DNA of 64,000 bases. Source: Verrucomicrobiales bacterium (GTDB taxonomy: Bacteria > Verrucomicrobiota > Verrucomicrobiia > Verrucomicrobiales > DEV007). Below are positions 47,695 through 56,867 of the stretch, piece after piece (the first letter of the stretch is position 1; every line of letters starts with the position of its first letter). Under the pieces are notes generated by a model. It worked only from the letters and a program-made list of their open reading frames with translations, did no database searches and had not been told where the DNA came from. The stretch is taken from NCBI GenBank assembly GCA_028281705.1, contig JANQJH010000454.1, positions 23,385 to 87,384 of the forward strand. Direction: 5' to 3'. The translations under genes and the position numbers were made by a program.

Positions 47695-49002
47695 ATGCAG
47701 CACACCATAGATCCCCAACGTTACGGGCCTCTGGGCGAGCCCATGGCGGGAGCTGTGCAGTCCTGTGTGCACTGCGGTTTTTGTTTGGCCGCCTGTCCGA
47801 CCTATCAGGAGTTGGGCCAGGAGATGGACTCGCCCAGGGGGCGGATTCTTTTGATGAAAGAAGTGCTCGAGGGCGGGCTGTCGACGGAGGCGGCGTTGCC
47901 CTATGTCGATCAGTGTCTCGGCTGCCTGGCCTGCGAGCCCGCTTGTCCTTCCGGGGTGGCTTATCGCGATCTCATTAGCCCGTTTCGCTCGCTCGCGGAG
48001 CCGCATCGCAAACGGCCCTTTCTTGACCGGGCACGGCGGACACTGGTCTCACAGATGCTGCCTTTTCCCTCACGTTTTCGCCTCGGGGCGCAGTTGGGGA
48101 GGCTTGGGAAAATGGCGGCCCCGTTGGTTCCCGGGTCTTTTCGGCCCATGCTCGATCTGCTGCCGGAAAGGATCCCATCAAAGGTCAGCTGGCCCGAGAT
48201 CAATCCGGCCCGGGGAACAAAGCGGGCTAGGGTAGCTCTCTTGCTAGGCTGTGCGCAGAGAGTGCTCGATCCTGACATCAACACGGCGACGATCGACATC
48301 CTGACACGCCACGGCGTCGAAGTGGTTGTTCCGCCGTCCCAGGGATGTTGCGGCGCGCTCTCGTGGCATGTGGGCGATCTGGCGGCGGCGCAGAAATTTG
48401 CCGTGCAGAATCTCAAGGCCTTTGCCGATTCCAGAATCGATGCCGTGATCACCAACGCCGCGGGCTGCGGCTCGGGCTTGCACGAGTACCATCTCATCCT
48501 CAAGGGAACACGCTGGGAAGAGCAGGCGGAAGCCTTTCGGCGCCGTGTGCTCGATGTCACCGTCTTTCTTCATCGGCTGGGGGATTTGGAGAGCATTCCG
48601 GAACCCTCCAGCCCGATCACCGTGGCCTATCACGACGCCTGTCATTTGGCCAATGCCCAGGGCGTGGTTTCAGAGCCGCGGAGTCTGCTGCGGCGCATTC
48701 CCGGTCTCAAGCTGGTCGAGGTAGCGGAGGGCCATCTCTGCTGCGGATCGGCCGGAACATACAACATTGATCAACCGGAGATCGCCAACTCGCTGGGCAG
48801 GCAGAAAGCCGAAGCGCTGGCGGCCACGGGAGCTGAACTCATTGCCACGGGCAACATTGGCTGTCTGACCCAGATCAAGACGCATCTCGACCGGCTGGGC
48901 GTGGCCCTGCCGATCCGGCACACCGTGCAAATCTTGCGCGATGCGTATTGCTCACATGAATCCTCGCGCGGAGACGCGGAGGCGCAGAGGTGGGTTGGCT
49001 AG
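47695..49002 (+). CDS. glcF: Glycolate oxidase iron-sulfur subunit GlcF
   Basis: Two 4Fe-4S motifs (CVHCGFCLAACPTY and CLGCLACEPACPSG) plus two CCG-type cysteine-rich domains (GCCGAL..., CCGSAGTYN). Confidence 0.85.
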   Translation: MQHTIDPQRYGPLGEPMAGAVQSCVHCGFCLAACPTYQELGQEMDSPRGRILLMKEVLEGGLSTEAALPYVDQCLGCLACEPACPSGVAYRDLISPFRSLAEPHRKRPFLDRARRTLVSQMLPFPSRFRLGAQLGRLGKMAAPLVPGSFRPMLDLLPERIPSKVSWPEINPARGTKRARVALLLGCAQRVLDPDINTATIDILTRHGVEVVVPPSQGCCGALSWHVGDLAAAQKFAVQNLKAFADSRIDAVITNAAGCGSGLHEYHLILKGTRWEEQAEAFRRRVLDVTVFLHRLGDLESIPEPSSPITVAYHDACHLANAQGVVSEPRSLLRRIPGLKLVEVAEGHLCCGSAGTYNIDQPEIANSLGRQKAEALAATGAELIATGNIGCLTQIKTHLDRLGVALPIRHTVQILRDAYCSHESSRGDAEAQRWVG

Positions 49003-49011
49003 AGTTATTGG

Positions 49012-49848
49012 CTAGCTCCATTCAGAGCGTTCAATCGCTCTTTGCAGGCGATTACATGCCTTGATCACTTTCTCGAGTTCATAGCCGAGTTCGTAGAGAT
49101 CGGCGCCGTCGGCATTTTCGAGTGCGGTCTTCGCGAGTTCGCTGCTGGCCCCAAGGACCTTGATCGCTTCTTTGTTGACGGCGTGTTTTTCGCCTCTCAG
49201 GTTGGCCACCGCCTTTTCCATGGCGGCGAGCTGCTTGGACCAGTTTCGTGTGGGCGCCCATGGGATCCGGGTTTCTGTCGATTGCGCCATTTTTTCTTCG
49301 GGTGATTTGAGAGACTCGATGATCTGGTCGTTCTGTTTGGCGCGCATGTAGATCTCTTTTAGAGAGCGCTTGATGCCTCCGCCGAAAGAAATTCTGTGAG
49401 GCCGAAATACTCCGTCGAAAATGATCCGCCCATGGAACGGCAGCAAGACGGCCTCCACCATCAGGGGAATGGCGTATTTGGGAACCATCTCTTCGAGAGG
49501 ATCAGAGATTCCATGTACCCCATAGACTGCATCGTCGAGGATCCAGATGCTGTGCTTCTTCAGATGACGCTCGATGATAAAGCGGCCGCGTACGAAACGC
49601 GTCCAACTCCGAACGATCGCCAATTCGTCGTCGTCGAAGCCGTTGGGATTCTTCTCCGCGTATCCAGTGATCAGCTCTGGATGGTCGTAGACGGCGTCGC
49701 GAACGGGAAGCTTGGCTTCGATGCTAAGATCAATGAATTCTTTCGGCGAAGTCGCCTTGACACTGATCCCCAGCTCGCCGGCTGCATGGAACTGTAGGCC
49801 TGCGAGTAGCCGGTAGAATGTCTCCTTTTCCGTAATCGATAGATGCAT
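49012..49848 (-). CDS. Hypothetical protein (orphan, lower GC)
   Basis: 278-aa ORF with ordinary globular composition and a charged helical C-terminus. No motif recognised. It is the only minus-strand gene between two plus-strand blocks. Confidence 0.55.
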   Translation of the reverse strand: MHLSITEKETFYRLLAGLQFHAAGELGISVKATSPKEFIDLSIEAKLPVRDAVYDHPELITGYAEKNPNGFDDDELAIVRSWTRFVRGRFIIERHLKKHSIWILDDAVYGVHGISDPLEEMVPKYAIPLMVEAVLLPFHGRIIFDGVFRPHRISFGGGIKRSLKEIYMRAKQNDQIIESLKSPEEKMAQSTETRIPWAPTRNWSKQLAAMEKAVANLRGEKHAVNKEAIKVLGASSELAKTALENADGADLYELGYELEKVIKACNRLQRAIERSEWS

Positions 49849-50016
49849 GGAACATGACTTAACTCATAACCACGAGATTGCGAGCGCATCTCGAATGGGG
49901 GTAGCCGGTGTGCGGGCTGTCTGGGACGGATGGCCGCGATCAAGGTGAGGCCGAATCTCTTTGCCATCGGGAGCTGACTTTGGTTAAACCTGCGGCAGCA
50001 TCTTCCCTTCATCATC

Positions 50017-51114
50017 ATGACCGAATCATCTCAGGAAACGAATCTCCCGTTCTTCAAGGATCAGACATCCCTCGGCAGGCGTTCTTTTATTACCACGGCC
50101 ATGGCCAGCGCAGCGGGTGCCGTCTGGGCGCGGGATTACGGAGACGATACCCAGCCGGTGCGCTACCCGGATCCTGACATCGTTGTTCTCGACGACCGCT
50201 TCGCCAAGTACAAGTTGGGCAACACGCCGATCCAGCGTCTCTATCATAGCAAAAACATGCTCTGGGCAGAGGGGCCGGCGTGGAATGGGGTGGGGCGCTA
50301 TCTCCTGTGGAGTGACATCCCCAACAATGTCCAGATGCGCTGGCTGGAAGAGGATGGCCACGTGAGTACGTTTCGGCATCCATCGGGGAATAGCAATGGA
50401 AACACCTTCGACTATCTGGGGCGCCAGATCTCTTGCGAACATGGTACGCGTCGGGTGGTGCGCTACGAGTACGATGGCAAGATCACCGTGCTGGCGGAGA
50501 CGTTTGAAGGCAAGCCTCTCAATGCGCCCAACGATGCCGTGGTGCATCCCGATGATCACGCCATCTGGTTCACTGACCCCGGCTACGGTAGCCTGATGAA
50601 CTACGAGGGGAACAAGGGTCCGCTGGAGCTCAAGGAAGCGGTTTACCGAATCGATGCCAAGACGGGCGCCCTAACCAAAGTGACGGATGAGATCGGCAAG
50701 CCCAACGGCCTCTGTTTTTCACCGGACTACAAGAAGCTCTACGTCGCGGATACGGGGGCGACGCATTACAAGGACATGCCCAAGATCATCAAGGTTTGGG
50801 ATGTGGTCGATGGAACCAAACTGGCCAATGGCAAGGTCTTCGCCTCCATGGAGCTCGACGGCCGTGCCGGCTTGGCTGACGGGATTCGCGCGGATGTTGA
50901 TGGCAATGTGTGGTCCAGCGCGGGCTGGGTAGGCGATGGTTATGACGGGGTGCATATCTTTGCGCCGGACGGTGTGCGCATCGGTCAGATCAAGCTACCC
51001 GAGATCTGTTCCAACGTCTGCTTTGGCGGGACGAAACGGAACCGCCTTTTCATGACCGGAAGCCAGTCCCTTTACGCCGTCTATGTGGAAACCCAAGGGG
51101 CGCACATCTGCTGA
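50017..51114 (+). CDS. SMP-30/gluconolactonase/LRE family protein with TAT-type signal
   Basis: RRSFITTAMASAAGAVWA signal. Propeller motifs are EGPAWNG, PNDAVVHPDDHAIWFTDP, PNGLCFSPDYKKLYVADTG and DGIRADVDGNVW. Confidence 0.85.
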   Translation: MTESSQETNLPFFKDQTSLGRRSFITTAMASAAGAVWARDYGDDTQPVRYPDPDIVVLDDRFAKYKLGNTPIQRLYHSKNMLWAEGPAWNGVGRYLLWSDIPNNVQMRWLEEDGHVSTFRHPSGNSNGNTFDYLGRQISCEHGTRRVVRYEYDGKITVLAETFEGKPLNAPNDAVVHPDDHAIWFTDPGYGSLMNYEGNKGPLELKEAVYRIDAKTGALTKVTDEIGKPNGLCFSPDYKKLYVADTGATHYKDMPKIIKVWDVVDGTKLANGKVFASMELDGRAGLADGIRADVDGNVWSSAGWVGDGYDGVHIFAPDGVRIGQIKLPEICSNVCFGGTKRNRLFMTGSQSLYAVYVETQGAHIC

Positions 51115-51158
51115 TTTGAATCCTTCTTGAATGGTGATATTGACTGCCTGATGCATTC

Positions 51159-51800
51159 ATGACGGTCTCTGAGGCGGCTCAGATCGTTTGGGATTACCAT
51201 CACGTGCACCACGATCTCGCTCCGGCGGACATGATCTGGGCACTGGGGAGTCACGACTTGCGGGTGGCAGACCGCGTGGCGGAACTGTGGCATGCCGGAC
51301 TGGCGCCGCGGGTGGTCCTGTCAGGCGGCCTGGGTAATTTCACCGAGGGCGTCTTCGAGAAGCCGGAGGCGGAGTTGTTTGCTGAGCGGGCCGTGGCACT
51401 CGGTGTGCCTGAGGCGGTGCTCATGATTGAGCCGCGTTCGTCGAACTGTGGTGAAAACGTGTTGCTAACTCAGGCCTTGTTGGCCGAGCACGGGCTTCAG
51501 ATTTCCAGCGCGATTGCAGTGCAGAAGCCCTACATGGAACGGCGGACCTTCGCTACCATCCGGCAGCAATGGCCCGGGTTGTCCGTCCAGGTGACATCGC
51601 CACAGCTCTCGTTCCAAGCTTACCCGACGGAGGAGATCTCCCGGGACGATGTGGTGCGCATCATGGTGGGTGATCTCCAGCGCCTGATGGAGTATCCCAA
51701 GATGGGGTTCATGATCCCTCAAGAGATCCCGCCGGCGGTGCGCGAGGCCTTCGATTTCTTGGTGAAATCCGGTTACACCGGGCATCTTCTTCGGCAATGA
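51159..51800 (+). CDS. YdcF/DUF218 (ElyC/SanA-like) family protein
   Basis: 213 aa. ADMIWALGSHDLRVADRVAELWHAGLAPRVVLSGG... is typical of YdcF-type DUF218 proteins. Confidence 0.7.
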   Translation: MTVSEAAQIVWDYHHVHHDLAPADMIWALGSHDLRVADRVAELWHAGLAPRVVLSGGLGNFTEGVFEKPEAELFAERAVALGVPEAVLMIEPRSSNCGENVLLTQALLAEHGLQISSAIAVQKPYMERRTFATIRQQWPGLSVQVTSPQLSFQAYPTEEISRDDVVRIMVGDLQRLMEYPKMGFMIPQEIPPAVREAFDFLVKSGYTGHLLRQ

Positions 51801-51875
51801 TCCGCGCCATGGGGCCGCGATGGCGTGACAAGATCGCGGCTTGTCTTCGGTAGCCGGACATGGGAAGGGTATGGG

Positions 51876-54008
51876 ATGATGATCCAACGATCACTGGTGG
51901 CGCTTGCCGGGGCCCTCTTCTTGGGCGGCCTGATGCACGGACGGGCGGCGGACGCGGGGATGGCGGTCCCTCCCGTGTTGCAGTTCACCTCGCCGACCAC
52001 GGCGGAGGTGCTTTGGGAATCGGAGCGACCGGGAACGGGTGCCTTGGCCTACGGTAAGACGGCGAAGCTCGGGGAGGTGGTGTCGGCGCGCTCGGAGGGG
52101 ATGGTCCATCGAGTGACACTCACGGGCCTGGAGCCGGGACAGGCCTATCACTACAAGGTGGCGACGACGATCGATGGCAAACGCCAGTTAAGTCCGGCCT
52201 ACGAGTTCAGCAACGTGCTCAATTTCTCGGTCACCGCATTGCCGGTCGCAGGGGAGTTCAACCAGCATCCCGCGTACGTCCGGGCCTCAAAGATTTTGCA
52301 GGAGTCGGCCGTGCGCAAAGGCTACTGCCTCAGTTTCGGCGTGGGTAAGGCCGGTTTCTTACAGGCCCTGGCGGCCCAGAGCGAGTTGATCATCTACGTT
52401 CTGGAAACCGATCCCGAAAAGGCAGCCAGTTTGCGCCAGGCACTCTATGCACTGGGCATCTATGGCACCCGAGTCTCGGTCTTGCCGGTGGCCTCGTACC
52501 AAGACGTGCCGCTCACGGCTTGCTCGGCCAATCTGATCCTGACAAACAGCGAACCCGGTTCGCTTGAGAGTGCAGCCGCGCTGGAGCTTGCCGTTCCCGG
52601 CCGGGGGGTGGTCGTTCATCGGCCCCTGGACTCGGGAGCTGCTTCCATGGTCACGCGTCCGGCGCTGGAGGGGATCGGCGAGTGGACCCATCAATATGGC
52701 GATGCGGCAAACACGGCCAACAGTGGTGAAACCTTGAGCGGGGCGAGTTCGACGGAGGATCTGACGATCCAGTGGGTTGGTCGTCCGGGGGGCGATTTCG
52801 GCATCGATCGCAATCCGCGAATGCCGGCGCCGGTGGCCTCCAATGGACGCCTCTTTCATCAGGGAATGAACCGGGTGGCGGTCCTGGATGCTTACAATGG
52901 CAGTGTGCTTTGGAGTTTGGAGATCCCCGACTTGCGCCGGGTGAATATCCCGAGGGACAGTAGCAACTGGTGTGTGAATGCCGATCATCTTTTCGTGGCG
53001 GTTCGCGACCGTGCCTGGATTCACGATGCGGCCACGGGAGAGCGGCTGGCCACCTTGCCGGTACCCGCGGGAGAGGAAGCCTCCCTTTTCTGGGGCTACA
53101 TCGCCCATGACGGCAAGCAGTTGTTTGGCAGCGGGGTGCGGCCGGACGCGGTCTACCAACGTTTCTGGGGTGGCGAAGCCTGGTATGACGCCAAGGAAGA
53201 CGGTCTGGGACCGGCAAAGGTCTGCAGTGACCGGGTCTTTGCCTACGAGATCGACTCGCGTCAGTTAGCCTGGACTTACGAGAAGGGAGTGGTTCTCAAT
53301 CCCACCATTGCGGTGGGGCACGGACGCGTCGTCTTTATCGAGTCACGCAACGAGGCCATCGTGAGCGGGAAAGAGCGGCAGATTCAGGCGAAGGAACTTT
53401 GGAACGATCAATATCTCGTGGCGCTGGAGGCGGAGACGGGAAAGGTCCTGTTTGAACAGCCGATCGATGTGGAAGACGGGACCCTGAGTTTTTACCTGCA
53501 GATCACGGAGCACGGCATTGTGGTCACGTCCTCGAACAAGGAGTTTCACGTTTACAACTTCGATCTGCAGACGGGGGAGTTGAACTGGCATAACCACAAG
53601 CCGTGGCCGGACGATCATCACAGCGGGCACATCCAGCACCCTGTGGTGGTCAATGAAACCATCTATCTCCAGCCAAATGGTTATGATCTCAAGACGGGAG
53701 AGATCGTGACGTCGAATGTGGGAGAGCGCAGTGGTTGCCACACCTATGTGGGGGCGAGCGATTGCCTCATCTATCGGGGTGAGAACCGGCAGATCGCGAT
53801 TTGGGACCAGGAGGAAGAGAGCGTCACCAGTTGGACGCGGCTGCGGCCGAGTTGCTGGCTCAGTGTGGTGCCGTCAAATGGCATGCTCCTGGTGCCCGAG
53901 GGCGGCGCCGGCTGTTCCTGCGGCGGCTGGATGGAGACTTCGCTGGTCTTTGCGCCTCGAAAAGTGTTGGGTTTGGTGAATTCGAAGACGAAGGAGGGGG
54001 CGAAATGA
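51876..54008 (+). CDS. Secreted protein: FN3/PAP-N-like domain + degenerate Rossmann (methyltransferase-like) domain + PQQ-like beta-propeller
   Basis: Signal from the ATG at 51876 (MMIQRSLVALAGALFLGGLM). FN3-like segment VLQFTSPTTAEVLWESERPGTGALAYG...HRVTLTGLEPGQAYHYKV. Rossmann-like segment GYCLSFGVGKAGFLQALAAQSELIIYVLETDPEKA. Repeated GSVLW / LAW / LNW propeller blades follow. The stop overlaps the next start (ATGA). Confidence 0.65.
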   Translation: MMIQRSLVALAGALFLGGLMHGRAADAGMAVPPVLQFTSPTTAEVLWESERPGTGALAYGKTAKLGEVVSARSEGMVHRVTLTGLEPGQAYHYKVATTIDGKRQLSPAYEFSNVLNFSVTALPVAGEFNQHPAYVRASKILQESAVRKGYCLSFGVGKAGFLQALAAQSELIIYVLETDPEKAASLRQALYALGIYGTRVSVLPVASYQDVPLTACSANLILTNSEPGSLESAAALELAVPGRGVVVHRPLDSGAASMVTRPALEGIGEWTHQYGDAANTANSGETLSGASSTEDLTIQWVGRPGGDFGIDRNPRMPAPVASNGRLFHQGMNRVAVLDAYNGSVLWSLEIPDLRRVNIPRDSSNWCVNADHLFVAVRDRAWIHDAATGERLATLPVPAGEEASLFWGYIAHDGKQLFGSGVRPDAVYQRFWGGEAWYDAKEDGLGPAKVCSDRVFAYEIDSRQLAWTYEKGVVLNPTIAVGHGRVVFIESRNEAIVSGKERQIQAKELWNDQYLVALEAETGKVLFEQPIDVEDGTLSFYLQITEHGIVVTSSNKEFHVYNFDLQTGELNWHNHKPWPDDHHSGHIQHPVVVNETIYLQPNGYDLKTGEIVTSNVGERSGCHTYVGASDCLIYRGENRQIAIWDQEEESVTSWTRLRPSCWLSVVPSNGMLLVPEGGAGCSCGGWMETSLVFAPRKVLGLVNSKTKEGAK

Positions 54009-55399
54009 GAATCGGATCGTTGTTCGTTTCTATTTTGGGGTTCGGCCTCGCCGGCGTTTCGTTCGCGGAAGACTGGCCCACCTATCAACATGACAACCGG
54101 CGGAGCGGCGTGACCAAGGAGAGCCTTCCGCTCCCGTTGAGCAACACATGGACCTATCGTTCTCCCGTCCCGCCGATGACGGCCTGGTCGGGACCGGCGA
54201 AATGGGACGCCTATTCAGAGAACGACGGGCTGCAGTCGATGCGCAATTTCGATCCCGCCTTCTACGTCACGGCGGTTGGCGATGCGGTCTATTTCGGATC
54301 CTCCGTCGATAACGCGGCCCATTGTCTGAAGGCTGCGACGGGTGAGGAACGCTGGGTCAGTTTCACGGATAGTGCGGTGCGGCTGCCGCCCACCGTGGGG
54401 GAGGGCAAGGCCTGGTTCGGATCCGACGATGGCCACGCCTATTGCGTGAATGCCGCGACCGGTGAACTCATTTGGAAGCGGAGGCCTGCGGCGGACCCAC
54501 GGCTCATCCCGAGCAATGGAAAACTCATTTCCCTCTGGCCCATCCGGTCCGGCGTGCTTCTTCAGGATGGCCAGGCTTATTTCGCGGGCTCTCTCCTGCC
54601 ATGGGAAACGAGCTATCTCTGTGCCGTGGATGCGGCCACGGGTGAGCCTCGTTACTTGCGCGAGGAGACGGGGATCACCTTGCAGGGAGCGCTGCTGGCC
54701 TCGAAGGAGAGTCTCTATGCGCCGCAGGGGCGGAGCGTGCCCCTGGTCTACCGGATGGCGGACGGCGATCGCCTGGGTGGGATCGCTGGTAGCGGCGGCG
54801 TCTACTGTGTGCTGACGGAAGACGAGCATTTCATTTCCATGCCCTCGAGCCAGAAGGAAAAGGAAGACACGGTGCGGATCGCCGATGGAAACCGGCGGCA
54901 GATTTTGGTTAGTTTCGGCGGGGCCAATCGCATGATTGTGTCAGGCCCGCTGGCCTATTCCCATCAGGGGAATCAGCTCAAGGCGATCGATCGCTTCAAG
55001 CTCATCGCCTTGCAGGCGGAGATCGATGTCTTTGCTAGGGCGAACGAGAAGCGGGAGAAAGCCAAGAAGGCGAACCGGCGGGACAAGGCGCGGGTGGCGG
55101 AGCTCGATCGGGAGATCAAGGAGGCCAAGGGGGAGATGGCCAAGATTGAAGCGCGCAAGGTGAGCTGTGAACTCTGGTCTGAGGAAAGTGCCATTCCGGT
55201 CGGGTTCGTGCTGGCCGGTGAGGCGTTGTTCGTTGGAGGCGAGGATCATGTGAGGGCTCTGAGTGCGAAGACGGGCCGTGCCTTGTGGGAGGCTCCAGTG
55301 GAGGGCAAGGCCTACGGTTTGGCTGTGGCCAACGGGCGCCTCTACGTCAGCACGGATCGAGGTTTGATCTACTGCTTTGCCTCGAGGCACGCCTCATGA
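54005..55399 (+). CDS. Secreted PQQ-like beta-propeller protein with an internal coiled-coil insert
   Basis: Signal from the ATG at 54005 (MRIGSLFVSILGFGLAGVSFA). Blades contain GEERW, GELIWK, DGQAYFAG and GRALWE. The charged insert is EKREKAKKANRRDKARVAELDREIKEAKGEMAKIEARK. Confidence 0.65.
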   Translation: MRIGSLFVSILGFGLAGVSFAEDWPTYQHDNRRSGVTKESLPLPLSNTWTYRSPVPPMTAWSGPAKWDAYSENDGLQSMRNFDPAFYVTAVGDAVYFGSSVDNAAHCLKAATGEERWVSFTDSAVRLPPTVGEGKAWFGSDDGHAYCVNAATGELIWKRRPAADPRLIPSNGKLISLWPIRSGVLLQDGQAYFAGSLLPWETSYLCAVDAATGEPRYLREETGITLQGALLASKESLYAPQGRSVPLVYRMADGDRLGGIAGSGGVYCVLTEDEHFISMPSSQKEKEDTVRIADGNRRQILVSFGGANRMIVSGPLAYSHQGNQLKAIDRFKLIALQAEIDVFARANEKREKAKKANRRDKARVAELDREIKEAKGEMAKIEARKVSCELWSEESAIPVGFVLAGEALFVGGEDHVRALSAKTGRALWEAPVEGKAYGLAVANGRLYVSTDRGLIYCFASRHAS

Positions 55400-56535
55400 A
55401 GCGTTGGTGCATCGTCCTGTTCCTCGGACTTCTCTGCGGCGGCGCCGTGTGGGCCTGCAAGGTCCCGGTATTCCGTTATGCCCTGGAGCGTTGGGAGGCC
55501 GATGACTATCGGGCCGTGGTCTTTTTTCGCGGCCAAGCTCATCGAGCGGAGGTGGTGCAGCTCGTCGAGCCGCTACGCCGAGCCGAGCGGAGCAACCTCG
55601 AAGTGGAGTTGGTTGATGCCGATGCCCTCACCGAAGCGCAGCAATGGCAGTACGACGGGCTGGATGACTTGGGGGAGCAACCGCTTCTGCGTCTTTACTA
55701 TCCGCTGGAGACGAAGATCGATTCGCCGTTCTGGGAGGGGGATCTCACGGCGGCACATGTGGGTCAGGTGCTTGATTCTCCACTGCGCCGGGCCCTCGTT
55801 GATGGGATCCTGGGGGGAGAATCCGCCGTCTGGGTGCTGATGGAGACGGGGCAGGCGGACGCGGACAACGAAGCCGCGGCGCAGCTCCAAGACTTTCTCA
55901 GTCAAGCGGCGGAAACGCTCGCCATTCCCGATGGTGTTCTGCGTGCAGAAGATGTTAGTTCTGAGGGAAAGACCGCGGACGGACAGCCGATCGAGATGGA
56001 TGATGTGCTGCGGACGTCCATCCCGTTGAAGATTTCTTTCAAGGTGCTGAGGCTTGCCCCGGAGGAGGCGGAGGAAACCATTTTTCGGAGTTTGCTCGCT
56101 GGCCTGGCGCCCCGTGGTTTCGCCTTGCCGGTGAAGGAACCAGTCGCCTTTCCGGTCTTTGGGCGAGGCAGGGCACTCGAGGGGATTCCCGCCTCCAAGA
56201 TGAGTGCCGCCGTCATTCGCGGCGCCTGCGAATATCTGTGCGGGGAGTGTTCCTGCCAGGTGAAGGACCAGAATCCGGGGATCGATCTCCTGCTATCGGC
56301 CGACTGGGCGGCGAAGCTGGAGGGGAGTTTTGTCATGATCGAGCGCCCCCTTCCGGCGCTCTCGGGCATGGGGCTGGAGATGACGCCGGCGAGTGAAATC
56401 GTTCCCGCGGCGACGTCGCCACCGACGACTCCGCCGGTCGCGAGAGGGCCTGGGGTGCCGCGGGCTCTTGTCCTGACCCTGGGCGGTCTATTGCTCGCGG
56501 TGATGTTCGGAACCTACTTGATGATGCGCCGTTAA
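55396..56535 (+). CDS. Hypothetical exported protein with C-terminal membrane anchor and a C-x3-C-x2-C-x-C cluster
   Basis: Signal from the ATG at 55396 (MKRWCIVLFLGLLCGGAVWA, followed by C). Cysteine cluster GACEYLCGECSCQ at 56227..56256. The C-terminus has a Pro/Thr linker, then the TM ALVLTLGGLLLAVMFGTYLMM and RR. Confidence 0.6.
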   Translation: MKRWCIVLFLGLLCGGAVWACKVPVFRYALERWEADDYRAVVFFRGQAHRAEVVQLVEPLRRAERSNLEVELVDADALTEAQQWQYDGLDDLGEQPLLRLYYPLETKIDSPFWEGDLTAAHVGQVLDSPLRRALVDGILGGESAVWVLMETGQADADNEAAAQLQDFLSQAAETLAIPDGVLRAEDVSSEGKTADGQPIEMDDVLRTSIPLKISFKVLRLAPEEAEETIFRSLLAGLAPRGFALPVKEPVAFPVFGRGRALEGIPASKMSAAVIRGACEYLCGECSCQVKDQNPGIDLLLSADWAAKLEGSFVMIERPLPALSGMGLEMTPASEIVPAATSPPTTPPVARGPGVPRALVLTLGGLLLAVMFGTYLMMRR

Positions 56536-56552
56536 TTCGGTTCAATCCGCCG

Positions 56553-56852
56553 ATGCCTGAGGACGACCAGCAACTCACGATCACCCTGATCTACGCGGGG
56601 CAGTTGGCGGGCGAAGCCGGGACCCCGGAAGAGGAGGTCGAAGCTGTCGTGGGGACGCCCCTGACCGACCTGCTTCGAGGGACGGCGACCCGGCATGGCG
56701 GGAAGTTTGAGCACTTGCTCTTCGATGAGGAGGCCGCCTTGCGCCGCGCCCTGGTGGTCTCGGTGGACGACTCCCAGGTGATGAATCCGTCCTCGTTTAC
56801 TTTGGAGAAGAACCACGATGTGTTTCTCATGACCCCGATTGCGGGTGGCTAA
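56553..56852 (+). CDS. MoaD/ThiS-family ubiquitin-like sulfur-carrier candidate (C-terminal Gly-Gly)
   Basis: 99 aa ending ...LMTPIAGG-stop. The size and the beta-grasp-like pattern (ITLIYAGQLAGEAG...VVSVDDSQV) fit the family. It sits directly upstream of an E1-like gene. Confidence 0.65.
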   Translation: MPEDDQQLTITLIYAGQLAGEAGTPEEEVEAVVGTPLTDLLRGTATRHGGKFEHLLFDEEAALRRALVVSVDDSQVMNPSSFTLEKNHDVFLMTPIAGG

Positions 56853-56867
56853 TACGCCTTCTTTGCC

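Noticed and set aside
49003-49011. GGCTAG...GGCTAG direct duplication in the 9-bp spacer after glcF
   Set aside because: It is too short to distinguish from chance and overlaps two stop codons.
53801-54004. 68-codon upstream extension of the second propeller ORF, overlapping the first propeller gene
   Set aside because: It is Arg/Gly-rich and overlaps 204 nt of a well-supported gene. The ATG at 54005 gives a clean signal peptide and an ATGA junction. Similar extensions at 55285..55395, 59967..60026 and 43914..43979 were trimmed for the same reason.
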